From contig NW_026262734.1 in NCBI RefSeq assembly GCF_021869535.1, positions 24,118,001 to 24,182,000 on the forward strand: a stretch of DNA of 64,000 bases, given 5' to 3'. Shown piece after piece: positions 1 through 14,440 of this stretch. Positions within the stretch are counted from its first letter, which is position 1, and every line of letters starts with the position of its first letter. A model generated the notes under the pieces. That model was not told the origin of the DNA, did no database searches, and worked only from the letters and a program-made list of their open reading frames with translations. The position numbers and the translations under genes were made by a program. The DNA comes from Mytilus californianus (Eukaryota).

Positions 1-1077
1 GCTTGCTTATGGCTATGGTTTCTTATGCATGTTTATGCTTTTGTTGTAGATGAAGGGTTGGTTTTTGTCTTTATATATCTTGCTGGAAAAAAATATTGAA
101 TTTATGATATTACACAAGAGAATAACTTTTATGATTGGATGAATGCCCTTGTAAAATTGTAGGGTAGAAACTTGGTCACTGGTGGATATTTGTCCCACTG
201 GCAATCATACCTCATTTCCTTATTTTTACTGTTGAATTTATGATATTACATATGGATGAGTGCCCTTGTAAAATTGTAGGGTAGAAAGAATACTATACAT
301 TGGGAAGGACATATTCTTTCAATAATACATCCTTTGTACATGAAAACAGTAAATAAACATTATAATAAAACTGGGTTTTACTCATTGTTGAAGTCCACAG
401 AGAACTATAGTTGTTAATTTTTGTGTCATTTGCTCTCTTGTGGAGAATTGTCTCATTTGCAACTATACCACATCTTCTTATTTTTATTTTAAGTGAATAT
501 GAAACTTTTTTTTTAAAACAATGACTTTGCAGTGAACCACTGACCATGAACATAACCTGAAACCTTTGCTCCCTACTGAAAACTACAATGTTTACAAAAG
601 CATTCACCAATAATTGTGCATGTACAGACTATTGATATTTTAAAATTTGAATTGAAAAAGAAAAAGGTTAATGTAAAATAAGTGGCTTAGAAAAGTTAGA
701 ACATTCTACCCTACAATTTTACAAGGGCACTCATCCAATCATAAAAGTTATTTTCTTGTGTAATATCATAAATTCAACAGTAAAAATAAGGAAATGAGGT
801 ATGATTGCCAGTGGGACAAATATCCACCATAGACCAAACGACGTCGATGTAAGCAACTATAGGTCACAGTACCACCTTCAACAATAATCAAAACCCATAT
901 CGTAAACTAATACAGTTCCAACCTGACAAAATGTGAAACAACTCAAATGAGAAAACCAACGTCCTGGCCTGATAAGCTTTTTCTAACTGATGCATGCCTT
1001 GTCTACTTCTTTATTGTCGATATGACTTTACATCTTGATCCTTATTTAAGTTGAAACAAGCAAATAAATATTTTTAC

Positions 1078-4000
1078 CTGGTTCATGTAGTGTAAGAACA
1101 AATTGTGGATTAGTAGCAAAATCAAAAAGGTTATTCCGTGAACCTCCAGCACTTTTACCAGCAAGCCAGTCTCCCTTCACTACTTCTACATGACCTACAA
1201 TAGAAATAGTATATTCTGACATAGCATGAATAAAAAGAGATACCTGTATGAATTGACTTGTTACTGAAAACTTGAAATAACTTATCAGGAAAATTGTTTA
1301 CTATGGTGATAATTTACTTACACTGAATGTACTTGACCTAATAATTACCATGGCTCATAACTAATTCAATAGTGGGAGTATTATCTGAAACTCTTTCTAG
1401 AGCTAAAATTACAATGTATGCCTTAGAATGATAGTAATATTGAATCAACAAATTATCTTTCCCTCGTGTTGAGCTTACCTATATTTATTTAAGGAGACAT
1501 ATGCCTTGGGATTGAAAACTTTTCAGAGGCACTGATTGGAGAAGGAGTGTTTATATGTGGAATGTAATACATGTATTCAATATGGACTCATGTAAAAATC
1601 TCAAGTCTATTTTTAATGATTGTTTCCATGGCAATAACTTGATATAAGTCAAATCAGATAAAGTAATTTGTTTAACATTGATGTAAATAAATACCTACTA
1701 TCACAACTGAGCCCTGGTTTATTGTCATAATTATCACTGATTGATTGTTGGTTACTATATGTCTAGTGGCAAATGCTAAGAATGTTACATTAAAGTAACA
1801 ACCTCAAGTAAGATTAGTAAAACCTAATTGGGTTAGCCTCTTTAAATAAAGGATATCATCATTATCATTAATATCTGAAATATACTATAAATTCATTATT
1901 ATTCGAGGGTACAGTTGAACCATGAATTTTAAATGTAAAACTAATTACAAATTTTCTATAAGCTTATATGCACATTTTGGCAAAATCAAGAAATCAAACA
2001 TCCACGAAAATTCAAGTTTTCATCAATCCATGAAAATAAATGAATCCACAGTATTTTATATAATTGGATAATCCTTAAACTCAATTCAGACCTATTTCTT
2101 ATCTACAAATCACAATGATACGTAGATCCCTAATATTCCATAGGACACATTGATAAATATAAATGACAATTGTAATTTACCAGCAGAATCAACTTCCTCA
2201 TCATCCTCAAAATCCGGACCAGTGAGACATATCGTTACTTCCTGGAACTGTTTACAGAAATCTCTGTATGACATCCAGAATTCACCATCGTCCTTTGATT
2301 GAAGGCCAATCTCTTGTTTAATATCCTCATTCACTAAATTCCAGTTTATATCACTAAAAAATCAACAAAAAAGATATCATAAATTAATATCAAATATCAT
2401 CCCCTTTTTACGAATAAATGAAATTACTGTGAAAGTGCTTTTATTCATGGGTATCAATTTTTCATGGATTGAGCAAAAGTTACATATTCATGGCGACGTA
2501 AATTCAGGGATTCTAGTTTTCTGAAAAAAAACTTTGGGTGAGGAATTTTAACCCATCAGAAATGAAGATTCTTGAAAATAATCATATGGTTTTCATTTTT
2601 ACTTACTTGTTCGTCATTCATTTCTGACAACATTAATTAATTTTTTAATAAAATAATTGCTTTCAGAAATAAGCTGATTCATCTCTGAAAACAAATTGTC
2701 TCGATTCAAGGAAATTGCAAAGTAAACATTTTAATTGTTGCACATATGTAATCAGAAGTGGTGACACTATAATTAACCATCGAATGATCAACAGATTATA
2801 AATGATCATTAAAGGTGTTAATTGGGCCAAAAACATGTCATTTAACAAAAGGTTGCATAAAAAATGCTACAAATATACTTTGAATTAATAATTAAAAAGC
2901 AAGCCCAATATGAAATTATTGTTTTTTTTTCGTGAGAGAGTTATGAGGAGATAAAATGAACACTTCATCATCATATATCATCACCGGAAGTTTGACTTTC
3001 ATCTTTCAAAACTAATTTTTCATGAGAATTAAAAGATTAAAAGTCGTACAACTAAATAACATGTCTGAAGTTGTACATGCTACACTGGTATAACGCCACT
3101 GCATATAGTTCATAGTGCGTTTGCTGAATATTTTCTCTAGGTTATATGCCTGTATCCATGTTGTCAAACCAACAGGGGATCTTTTCATGTCTTGATTTGG
3201 AAAACAGTTGTTATATTTCCTTGGACACTTAAATTTGTGGATAAAGCCATTCATGAAAACCAAGAAAATTGGTACATCACGAATAAAAGTACTTTCACAA
3301 TATGTAAATTGCAATCTCCTTACACAAGGCGTCAAATCTGTGTCTTTATTCTAACCACACTGTGTGGCACGTGACTGCATACTTATACATCCCATATGCC
3401 AAATTAATGCACTCTCAGCATGGGTCTTATTTTTGGATGAAAGAATTTCTTACTTCTTTATCCCAGTCATCCTTACCCTAAAAGCAGATGGTGTGAAACC
3501 AAGCATACCCTATTATTTTCTATACTTGAAATTGTTTATTTTTCACTCAAGTAAAAAATAAAAAAATAGTGAAATTGAATAGATTTGTTTTCTTTCAAAT
3601 GAAAAGATTCATACTTATCACTCCACGATCCTTTCCACTCGTTATTATCTCCCCATGGATTACGTATCCTCACCATTTTCTCTTCCCCTCGTTGGTGTTT
3701 GATCTAACGAAATAAAATCATACAAAGCTATCAAATCAATCACTGATTCTATAACATTATTACAAAGTCATTAAATAAATGTGAAGAAAGTGTTTTGCCT
3801 TATCAGATCAAATTTATAATGTTGTTTCTGATTGTTTTGTTTTCATAAATGGTAATATCCCTACCAACAGCTGTGGCTACCTTCCTGCAAAAATATAAAA
3901 TACTTAACTCCAAGGAAATTTCAAAACAGAAAGTCCCTTATCAAATGGCAAAATCAAAAGCTCAAACACATCAAACGAATGGAAAACAACTGTCATATTC

Positions 4001-7000
4001 CTGACTTGGAACAGGCATTTCCTTATGTAGAAAATGGTGGATTAAACCTGGTTATATAGCTAGCTAATCATGCCAATAGTTGACTGCTTTCAAATAATGG
4101 TGGATACTTAACTTCCTTGTTTAAGTTATTGGTTATCCTGTTGGTTTCTGGACTGTGTAGGTGTTTTTTCTATTGTGTTTCAGTTTGATGACATATAGTC
4201 AAATAGGCAAAAGGGGAGGTTCCTGGTCACTGTGATTTTTGATAGTGTGCTGAATTTTTTGCAATTCATGTTATCCCTTTTTATGAATTTAGCAATCAAA
4301 ATTTATCATTCTAAAAAAGACAACAGGTCAATTTAAGAAATAAATATCTAACTTTCTATCTAATCTTAGTTATTTGAAACCTTTAAGTTTTTAATAAACT
4401 CTCTGAATATTAAGATGACGAAATGCATTTCTAAAATCATAACTTTAGTATACTGTAATCCATTTAAATGATCTTTTTTATGTTACAATTCAACTTAACA
4501 AAAACATGCTTTCATTCTTCCATGTGTATTATTTATGTACTTATTGTGTATCATTATTGCATTGTTTTAATGTAATAAAAAATTTCTTCCAGTAAAACTA
4601 CAATATATAAAAATTGGCATATCAGTTAAAAAGACTCTAGTATGGTAATTTGAATGCATTTGTGCAAAAAGTATCAAATGAATAAAAAACAAGTATGAAA
4701 CTGTTTAACATACTGTGTAGCAGTCACCATTAGAACTATACAGAAGACTTACTTTTCTGACAGCTGTTATGGTATATGCATGTCCAGACACTAGTCCATT
4801 AGGATCAGCTTTATTACTAAATCTCCAGTCTCCCTGAAATAGTTCAATCAATAAAGTTAATTGCATTAACACAGAAGCAAGTAAAAATATGTGTATATAG
4901 GACACAATGCCAGGTGCCAACTGTCACATGTTGCACTGCTTTTGCTTTCAATTAATATGGACTGGGCCATACTTAGCTTTCTAAACAACTTCAATGCGTT
5001 TTTTTAATATATGATTGAGAGGGAAAAGGCAATGAGTAGAGATTAACTTTGTATAGATTGTCAGTCTGCATTAAGTTTATACAGCTACTTTTTTATTTAA
5101 ACATAACTTCTTGCCAATGAAAACAGACAATTTATTTATTTATCAATATCAATATATACAATAATATGCACTGCTAGCTGTTATAAAACTGAAACCTACG
5201 TATAAATTGCTCAGTAAGCTTTACAGTGGTAATGTATATATTTAAATCAAATGACCCTACACAACTTCAACAATTACTCACCTTTCTTGAGCAGGTAATA
5301 AAAGCACCAGATGACCTTGCCCTTTCTATCAGTCTATAAAGCTGAGGGTCTTTATTTTGTATAATGTGTCTCTCTGCCAAACCTCCTGTTAAATCAACCA
5401 GAGCATCCATTGTCTGACCCCCTTCTATAGCCTCATAAGATCCATGTAACCTGTAAAAGAATGATAAAAGTTTACAGTTCATTTACAGATTGTAAAATCA
5501 GGGGCCAGTGCAAGTATATCAACCCCAAACCCCCAAAAAAATAAATAATCAAAATTATGAGATAAAACAAAGATTTTTTCATCAATTTGTGCTTGAAAAC
5601 AACAAAGCTAGATAATATCATAGTATCAATTTCCCTCTCCCTTAAAAACAGTCCTGGACTGGATTGGACAAACATTCTTAAATTTAAGTGTCATTCAAAT
5701 ATACGCTAAACCTCAATTAAAATTTATTAACCATAATTTTGTTGCACAAAGCTTTGTCAAAGTTAAGAAACACTAAAAGGTAACTTAAATTTAAAAGTGG
5801 CAAAAGGGTAATTTCAAATATTCAAATAGTGATCAAATATGGAAGATATGCTGCTTTGGGCAATCTTGCTGATAATAGAAGGCCACCAAGAAGGAACAAA
5901 GAAAGGTTATTTACCTTAAATGATTAACTTATTAGTACATTTATCTATTTAAATAATGTTAAATGTAAATGACTTTGTGCAACTAAGTCCTGGACCCAAA
6001 TATTTTTTTCCCTCCCAAACTGCAAATGGACATTAAAAAGCATATCAAGTGTTTGTCTGATATATATGCCTGTATTCCAGCATTACAATTTCTGCTATAC
6101 ATTTTACCATTGTAGGATATAATCTTGCCTTCATTACTACTCACTTTGCATATGCCTTTTCTACAAAGGCTACCCAGAATTCACAAGGATCTGTACACTT
6201 GCCATAGATCAGTTTACCGTCAGCAGTGGGTAACAAATCATCTATGTAGACGTCTTCCCACTGTCCAAACCTCCAAAATCTAAAATTAAGGCTTCCTTTG
6301 TAACCCTCACCAGATAATGACTGGTCACTTGGCACAATCTAAACAAAAACAATTATATTCTAATATAGTGTCTTCCATTATTTCATAATCTTCAAATCTT
6401 GATTTATAAGAACAACTCTCTGAAAGAAAACCCAGAGATGACAAAAATAGCACATATAAAAAAAAAAGTTAAAAGCTTGAACCATTTTATTGTCACTAAA
6501 AACGTTAAACAAATCAGCATTTTCTGTTCAAATGTAACTGCAGTTACTTGTCTATAAATATAATCCCAATCTTTCCAAAACAAAAATGAATATTGTAATT
6601 TGCAGAAATAGGAACAGGTTAAAATTAATAATTACTTTTTTCATAAAACATTCTCTCTGAGACACAGCAGCACAAGCTGACAGGAACCAACAATCTCCCA
6701 AAATTCCCTGTTTTATATCATCCCTAGTAGCACCATCTGAAATAAGTTGTGGTGACTGCCACTCTTCAACAAGATCCTATAGGAAATAAAGACATTAAGT
6801 TAAATATATTTATAGCACAGGAAAAGTTCTTTACTTTACAATCATGATAATACTGGTATAACATATTAACAAAAACCCAAGAAAAAAGTACAATACTAAT
6901 GGTTGTTGTAAGTATCAGTGATTCCCTTCAGTATTTTTCAATTGATCATAGAGGGATCTATATCACTAAAGAATAATGCACAACTTACTTGTAAAATACT

Positions 7001-9842
7001 AATGATTGTTGTGAGAATCAACGATTACCTTCGGTATTTTCCATGTGATCATAGAGGGATCTTTATCAATAAAGAATAATTTACTACTAGTACTAGTACA
7101 ATACTAATGATTGTTGTGAGTATCAGTGGGTACCTTTGGTCTTTTCCATGTGATCATAGAGGAATCTTTATCACTAAAGAATAATGCTGCAGCGTCTGCT
7201 GGGAAGTCTGTGTCAGTAAAAAGTTTCTCATCTTCAAGTGATCCAAGAATTTTCTTTATTTTCTCTTGAGTCTAAAATCAAAATAGTTTAGATAAATAAT
7301 CAGGAAAGTAATGCATCTCATTTTGTCATGCCTGTTCACTGTGTAGCATCACCATTGGATATAGGTACCTCCGAAGTGGTGGAAAAAACAAAATGTGAAG
7401 TCAGGTAAGGTCAAATTGTTTTTATTTTTATTATATTCTACATTTTGCTGACAAGTAAAGTTTTGTGATAGTGATTCCTAATAATGTAGCTACTATTTAG
7501 GACTGATTATGATCCTTTATTGGCTTTCTCTCTCTTCAAATTGTCAGAATCGGATAGGTAGGTTCAACAAAGCATGTGAAGAGTTCATACTAGATAAAAA
7601 CACATTTATCCTTCAACTATTCATTTGACGTTTTCGTAGAACAAAGGTATATCACAATTAAGCTTGAACAACACTGTTTTTCCAAACAAACTATTTTTTA
7701 CACATAGAAATTCGTGTAAATAAAGCGAATATACTGTACAGTCAATTGTTGTTTACTGTATGGTGATTAGAATAGGTACTTTTTACTATTATTGTTTCTT
7801 TGCTTGGGGGTACCTATTTCCGTTGGTGATGCTACACTGTGCTGTTGGGGAAATTTAAATGAAAACCTTTTGGTGTGCATCAGAAAAACCCATCTGATTT
7901 TATACAAAAAATTCTAAAGGGTTTCAGGTTCCATAAAACCCTTTGTCTTGCCTGTGATGCGTGCTGCCAGTGTTAAAGTGAAATTTTGTTTGCCAAAAAT
8001 TTCCATTAATCAGTAAAATACGGAAAATAAAACAAATTGAAATTTTTTCATCAGAAGCTATTTCTTGATCCTGAAGTCTATCTATCAGTAAAATACTGAA
8101 AAAGAGTGAAATAAAAATATTTTCAAAAGTTTGCTTCACACAATTTCTCTTAATCATAAAAAAAGCTTCTGTCAAAATTTCATTAAATTCTAAAAAAAAA
8201 AAAAGACAAAGTTATTAGTGTCCAAAAAAATGTAACCCTAGACTTTATAGATCATTCTAGATGTTAACAGCCAAAAAGCATCATATAAAAAAAAGAAGAT
8301 GTGGTATGATTTCTCTGGAGACCAAATGACACAGAAGTTAGCAACTAATAATAGGTAAGTTCCTTTTTAAGTTAAATGAAAAAAATGTATATTTTCAAAC
8401 CTTTTCAACTAGTCAATCAACATAAATAATAAATAATTATACTATATACTGCATAATTATCCTTACTCATACACCTTATATTATCATTATTTATATATCC
8501 CATTCTGGAAAAAATACAGTCACTTAGACAACTTCCTGTGTGTGTCAAGTGTCCCATAAACAAAGGTCATCAGTAAAGATCGAGGGAGAAAAAAGTTTTC
8601 AAAGTGAACATTTAAAATTTTAAAAGGTGATGATCCAACTTTTTGAAACACAAAATAAAGTCATAAAAATGCTTAGTTTGAAGTGCTTACAATGGTTTAA
8701 ATATGTCTCTTTGTAAAGTTTTATGCATAATACATTGTTAAAAGAGGGCTTCAAACATGTCAGATAGCTTAAACGGTTTTGTGACTGACATATTGAAAAA
8801 GTTGTGTAATTTCAGAACTAACAATATAAATTTTACATTAAATAAAAAAATATTATATTTCGATATGAAATCTAAATCTAAATATTTAAAATATCAAAAA
8901 CAATATTTTAATGTCTCCTATAATCAAATGAAAATTATATATTTGAATATATGCATCAAAGACACAATTTTTGATAATCCACATTTGCTATTGTTCATAT
9001 AATTCATTAATATTTATGAATTACATGTCAAATATACATACATCATTTGTACATAAATATTTTTTTTAATTAGGGCCAGATCAACTTTAAATGTGGCCTG
9101 AATCGATTTGAGCCCAAACGACTTTAGATACATCCACTTGGGGCCAGATAGACATGTAGACACAAACTTTATATTGGATCCTAGTAGTTTTATTTGTGCT
9201 TGTGGTTGCAAGTGTAAATGTACTGATGCTTGCTACACTATAGAATACATAACCAGGAAGCTATGCTTTGCTCTACACAGACTAGAAACTCGTATTTATA
9301 ATCAAAGGCCTTCCGCCTGACAAACAAAAGGGTCTTTAATAGTAACCAACACTAATCCCACGAGGCGTACTTAGTATGTCTTTTTAGGTTTTAAACATTT
9401 TTATTCAACATTGTGCGAAGTGCTCCTTTGAAGGAGGGATTTTCTATAACAGAACAGAAAACATGAAAGCATCACTTTTATCCCTTATAAGTATTTGACA
9501 TATAGGGCCAAATTGACTTTAAATATTGGTCTTGGGACGGATCGAATGGGGGCAGAACAAGTTAGGCCGGATCATCTTAATGACATGAAACCCGTCTCAT
9601 TAGCCTACAGCATTTACCGTGATACCAAGTCGTCCATCTCTGTACTCTTCTTCAGGAAATTCAATATATGGCGACTCGTCTGATTTTTTAGTCAACAGTG
9701 AGGAGTCATTGGGCTCTATTCCCAGACTGTTGATTCCAGTAGCTGCTCGTCTTACTGGAACGTGTCCATTTGCTCTTATGCTTATCTGTGGTGCAGAGAG
9801 GGACCTTTTAGGCTTTGTATGTTTACTTGGACTTGATCCCAT
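1078..9842 (-). CDS. Calpain (peptidase family C2): CysPc catalytic domain plus start of domain III (C2-like); 3'-partial, continues beyond window start
   Basis: Phase-consistent GT-AG exons in transcript order: 9842-9618 (MGSSPSK...GIT), 7271-7134 (LFTDTDFP...WKRPK), 6776-6636 (QGILGDCWFL, catalytic Cys), 6338-6145 (FRFWRFGQW..V.IDD.LP...EFWVAFVEKAYAK), 5450-5282 (LHGSYEAIEGG...DLTGG), 4833-4753 (GLVSGHAY, catalytic His), 3703-3615 (RIRNPWG...EWKGSWSD, catalytic Asn), 2353-2181 (DDGEFWMS..DF), 1194-1078 (KGDW..GKSAGGSRNN..FATNPQF). Total 1327 nt, ending in phase 1. Subfamily not resolved; an extra small exon between 7272 and 9617 cannot be excluded. Confidence 0.95.
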
Positions 9843-12419
9843 GTTATCGATTTCATTTCAACTTAGTTTAGACTTTGGATTGTTTAAAAACTATCATAGG
9901 ATCATTTGCATCACATTGTTTACATCTGTGAAGTTGTTTCCACAATAATTAAATGTTGCGGTTAACCGAAGTTTCTCCTGAATTGTTCCGTCGAGGATTT
10001 TTTTTTAGATATCACTATAACCATTTAAAAACTAAAATATCAAAGCACCACAACGGATTAATAAAAATATAAGTAGGTAAGTAAGTAAAACTTTATTTGG
10101 ATTCGGCGTATTTAACAAACACATTAAACATAAGCTATAATGAGCTTTTCACCGAATATTTCATTCATCATAAAAATTTTATATTTTATCAAAAAAACAA
10201 ACATCTTTTTATTTTAAATGAAAACATTCTTTTGGTATTAACCATGTTTATTTTGTAAATATATTGTTATACAAGAATACTGGTACAATACTGGAATATA
10301 ATATTGGAACAAAATTTTTATTCCGGCATTGTCGACAATACTGGTATTCCCGGCAGTATTGTGGTCGCCAAGTTCAAGTGATCACTTGAACTTGGCGACC
10401 ACAATACTGGAATAAACACAAACAACATTTTCCAAAAGACCAAAACAGTGAAAAAGTATATTTTAACAAAACGCATTTGACTAGCAGGTCGAACAACAAA
10501 TGTTCTTAAACCCTGCTGACTGCCATTGGCGATTGCCAAATAAACGGATCACCGATGTAATAAATTGATCTTAATTATAAATTTAATACTAAACAGAAAA
10601 CAATAAACTTGCGGAAAAGATGGTATACCGCAAACAAAAGGTGTAAAGTTTTTCAAGTGTACACCATATCCGGATTTCGACAATTAATGTCTCTTCAGTG
10701 ATGTTAGGAATCGAAACGGTATTTGGAAGGTCATATAATTTACCTCAATTTAGGATAGACTCTTGAAATTTGAGTCGAAATAGGATGAACGGATCATATA
10801 AATCCGAAGGAAATTTAATACAAGCCCGAACGAAAAAAATATAAACATGTCTAAATTGAAAACAACGTTCAAACATATATATATACTCTATAGATATTTT
10901 GACAATAACGGTAGCAATTAAAACTAGCACCATTAAATCATATTTCAACCTTTCATTTATTTTGGTTTGAATCAGACAGATACTATTAAAACACATGTGT
11001 TATAGTAGTCTAAGATTAAGAGTAGAGATTGACTATTTGGGTCGGTTGATGCAAAGATTTAAAACATGGATGATTTCAGCTTCCCAATTGTTACCTTCCC
11101 TTGTCTATGTACCAACATTCAAGCAGCGCTTGCATCTATGGAGTATATATATCTCCCAGTTGATATATTTTCCAGAGCTTGAATTACCAATATGATTTCC
11201 TCGATAAAGGGTGGGTGCTCACAAGGATGCTATCTAACCAAGGGTTCAAAGTGGTATTTTAAGTAATCCCTTTGAAAGTTTTACGGACACCATCTCAAGT
11301 TGATTGACCGTCATGGAATACATGATCTTCCAATTGGTACTTTGACGCCACAAAACAAATATCTTAACGTCAAAATATCATATGACGCATTTCCCCTTAA
11401 ATGACGACAGGTCAATCCGCGGGTAGTGCATTTACAAAAATCGAAATTGGAATCTCTTGTATATCTTTGTCGAGGGTGGTAAAGGGTTATTTTCGTGCAA
11501 CGTGTTTTGCCATTTTTTTTTCACGTGCAGCCGTGAAAAAGGTTCGTTATTCACCGTGTTTCGTGAAATCGGTAAAAAGATCAACGTGCAAGAATTTTTT
11601 TTTATTGTTCGTTCATCGTGAAATGGCAATTTTATTTCGCATTCTTCCGTGCAGATACCCCCTTTACGCCCCTCTTTGTCATAGAGAACGAATATGTTCC
11701 AATTGTCATGAGTAACAACAATTCCGTTAGTAAGTGGGTAATTAGTAATTTCTTTATTTTCCAGAGGTTAACACAGTTAGCATAAAACTAATTCTGTGAC
11801 CCTCTGACAAATTATAAAAAGATAAATACAATATACACATTCACATATAACAATAGAAAATATAAAACACATTGTATATACTATTTTCTCGTTTTATCCT
11901 TTTCCTGACATTATTTGACGGATGCAACTAGCCTGAGAAGTAGGATCTGCCTACTTCTATGGGCACATGAAATAACACACAGTTTTAAAAGTTGGCCAGT
12001 TAGTACGGGTTGCACAGTCTTTAGTCTTTCCATTATGATGTAATGTTTTGTGGACTTGTCTGTCTTTTTATCGTCTTTTCATTTTTTTCCATGACGTTGT
12101 CAGTTCTCATCGATTTGTGAGCTTTGGTATCAGCCACCTCCTTTAATCTGTTAATAGTGTTATTACTTTATATTCTGACAGTTGAGAGCATAGCCATTCT
12201 GTTTTCCATGCTTTTATTAAGTCATCTATGGCTTTATTTTCATATTATCTCTATTTCAAGCAGCTACCATAATTAAGATAAGCAATATGATATTTTTTGT
12301 ATGTTTTATTTATCTATTTGTTTTGAAATGGTAAAACCAGTTGTAAAGTTGTTGTAGATTGTTGTCTGTTGCGCAGATATATTTTTTTTTAATCTTGGGA
12401 ATTTTTTTATAATTCTACA

Positions 12420-12530
12420 GAGCTATATTCTGTTCAGAACGTACGGTTATCCGTTGTTGGGTTGGTTTTTATTTTGAAGCGACAGCTTCCGGTATATAGC
12501 AGACGAATTTCCTGGAACGTCGCCGCAGGT
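12420..12530 (+). promoter_or_regulatory. Candidate promoter / 5'UTR first exon of the RRM-F-box-LRR gene
   Basis: CpG-richer patch with ETS-like CTTCCGG (12486-12492) and a possible donor CGCAG|gtttgt at 12528/12529. The gene's ATG exon has an acceptor, so an upstream exon is required. The location is a guess. Confidence 0.2.
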
Positions 12531-13444
12531 TTGTAGCCGTCTTTGTCCTGTTATGACTTTTCCACAAATGTCCTGCAACTGGAAACAAGAACACAAGTGT
12601 TCGCTAACTTCATAGGTGACATATTTCTCAATGCACTTATCTTTAAATCGGACATTCTGGTCTAAAAAGTCTGCCACTATTTGAAATTGTGTTCTACTGT
12701 AGTCTCCTCGCTGTTAACGTTTATGACCCCTTCTGTAGGCCTGTGTATTACAAAATTCCAAATTGCAAATTATATTATCAAAGAAGCAAAAATACTGAAT
12801 AGAATATATGTGCCATTTTGTACATAAATCAAATGAAAACGTCGTTCACAGCCATCATATTGATCATGTTGATTGTTTCATTGCATTTAAAGAAAATGGG
12901 GATTTAGTGGCAAATAAAGTCAAGATTTTACAGAAGATTTACAGACTTTATTACAGAGATTTTTCTAATAAAATTTTAAACATATACATAACTAACTTGT
13001 TTTTCAATGCTGTGCTAGCTAGTGTTTATTGTTTGCAAAAAGTCATAAACAACCTTTACAATCTAAAAAATCTTGTGTTGAGTTTGTAACAGGAGGGGTC
13101 AGTGTTGCCACCTCCCAGGAAGTGTAGTGGCCACTACTTTGTCCCTATTCGATCATCGGGATACCTGATATCAGATTTTGGCTGAACAGAGACATAAATC
13201 ATTTTAAATCAAATAGAACTCAACAATTTATTTACAAATGTACAACATTCAATTTAAATAAAACATAGTGTTAGTCATCATGGTCATGTTAGTCAAATGA
13301 AATAAACTAAGAATAGTATTTCAAAAGTTAAGTTCAAAAATGAAACTTAGGTTGATAGTAATAGTTCACAAACGAAATGAAAAAGAAACCTATTTCAAGT
13401 AAAATGAAATCAAACAAGTTATGTACAAAAAGTAAATGCAATTG

Positions 13445-13803
13445 TATATAATTACATTACATGTATGTGTTATTTTGATTGGCTAACAGTAATTTCGCAT
13501 CATTCTGAAATTAACCTTCATTTCAAAATGAAATGTAACATTCATGATGACACGAGTTTCCACAATAAAGTGCACAGGTAAATAAAAGAATAACTTGATA
13601 GAAATCGTGTTTTCATGATCCTTAAGCAATAAAATATAATTATAAGTATTGAATGTTTCTTTTAGTAATTTTATAGGGTTGTAAAAGCGTTGATAGTGCG
13701 CACATTTTAGAAATGAAGCGCTTCTGTGCTTCATACAAAATGTACTTCCTTCAACACTTTTACACCCCAATAAATTTACGAAAAGAAGCATTCAATTCTT
13801 AAT
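13445..13803. repeat. Dispersed repeat, copy 1 (copy 2 at approx. 37360-37725)
   Basis: About 350 bp of high identity between the two loci (ttttgattggctaacag...tctgaaattaaccttcatttcaaaatgaaatg...gcattcaattcttaa), same orientation. Confidence 0.8.
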
Positions 13804-14440
13804 TGAAATTCAGATTTTGAATTTGTTGGGGTTGTTTAGGAAGTTGTCTGATTCCTTGAAATGTGTCCTTAATGAATACTGTTAATTACCTAAATCTTAA
13901 ATATTTGATATATATAATAATAAAAAAAATATCCACTAATAATTTATTGTTAATTTTTTATCTTTATGTTTATAAGTTATAGTAATTGCAGAAAAATGTA
14001 CAAAGACATGTGCTTCCCTTCATTTGTCCCCAACTCTCTGTACATAATATATTCCCTGTCCATTTCACAGAGATAAATGGAAAACAGATGGCACATTACA
14101 TAATTTCTATCACTGGCTCAGCTTTCTAATTGATGAGGAAGAGACTGCACATGGAAATAGTTTTTGTGTATACCTAATTAGATAAAGATACTTGATATTA
14201 AACAAAATTTAACTGCAACAAATGAGGCAAATCTAAAATTAAAATATTGTCTTAAATACTGAAAGTGAATTATGTATTTACATCTAGGCACTTTATATAT
14301 ATATTAACATGATTAATATATATATATATATATTAGTCCATATAAATAGCAACACATAACATGCAAATCTATTTAAATGTGGATTAATCAGTAAAAAGAT
14401 TAATTAAATTACACAATTTAAATTATAAATTGCCTAACAA

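Noticed and set aside
13-1077. Further calpain exons before the window edge
   Set aside because: Candidate acceptors lead to stops in the required phase, and the donor-like sites belong to interspersed repeats.
11401-11715. 104-aa ORF in a GC-richer patch
   Set aside because: It coincides with a degenerate TIR-bounded MITE (approx. 11472-11672) and has no coding motifs.
12447-12677. 76-aa minus-strand ORF (MADFLDQNVRF...)
   Set aside because: No recognisable motif, GTG start, and no phase-consistent partner exons; left unassigned.
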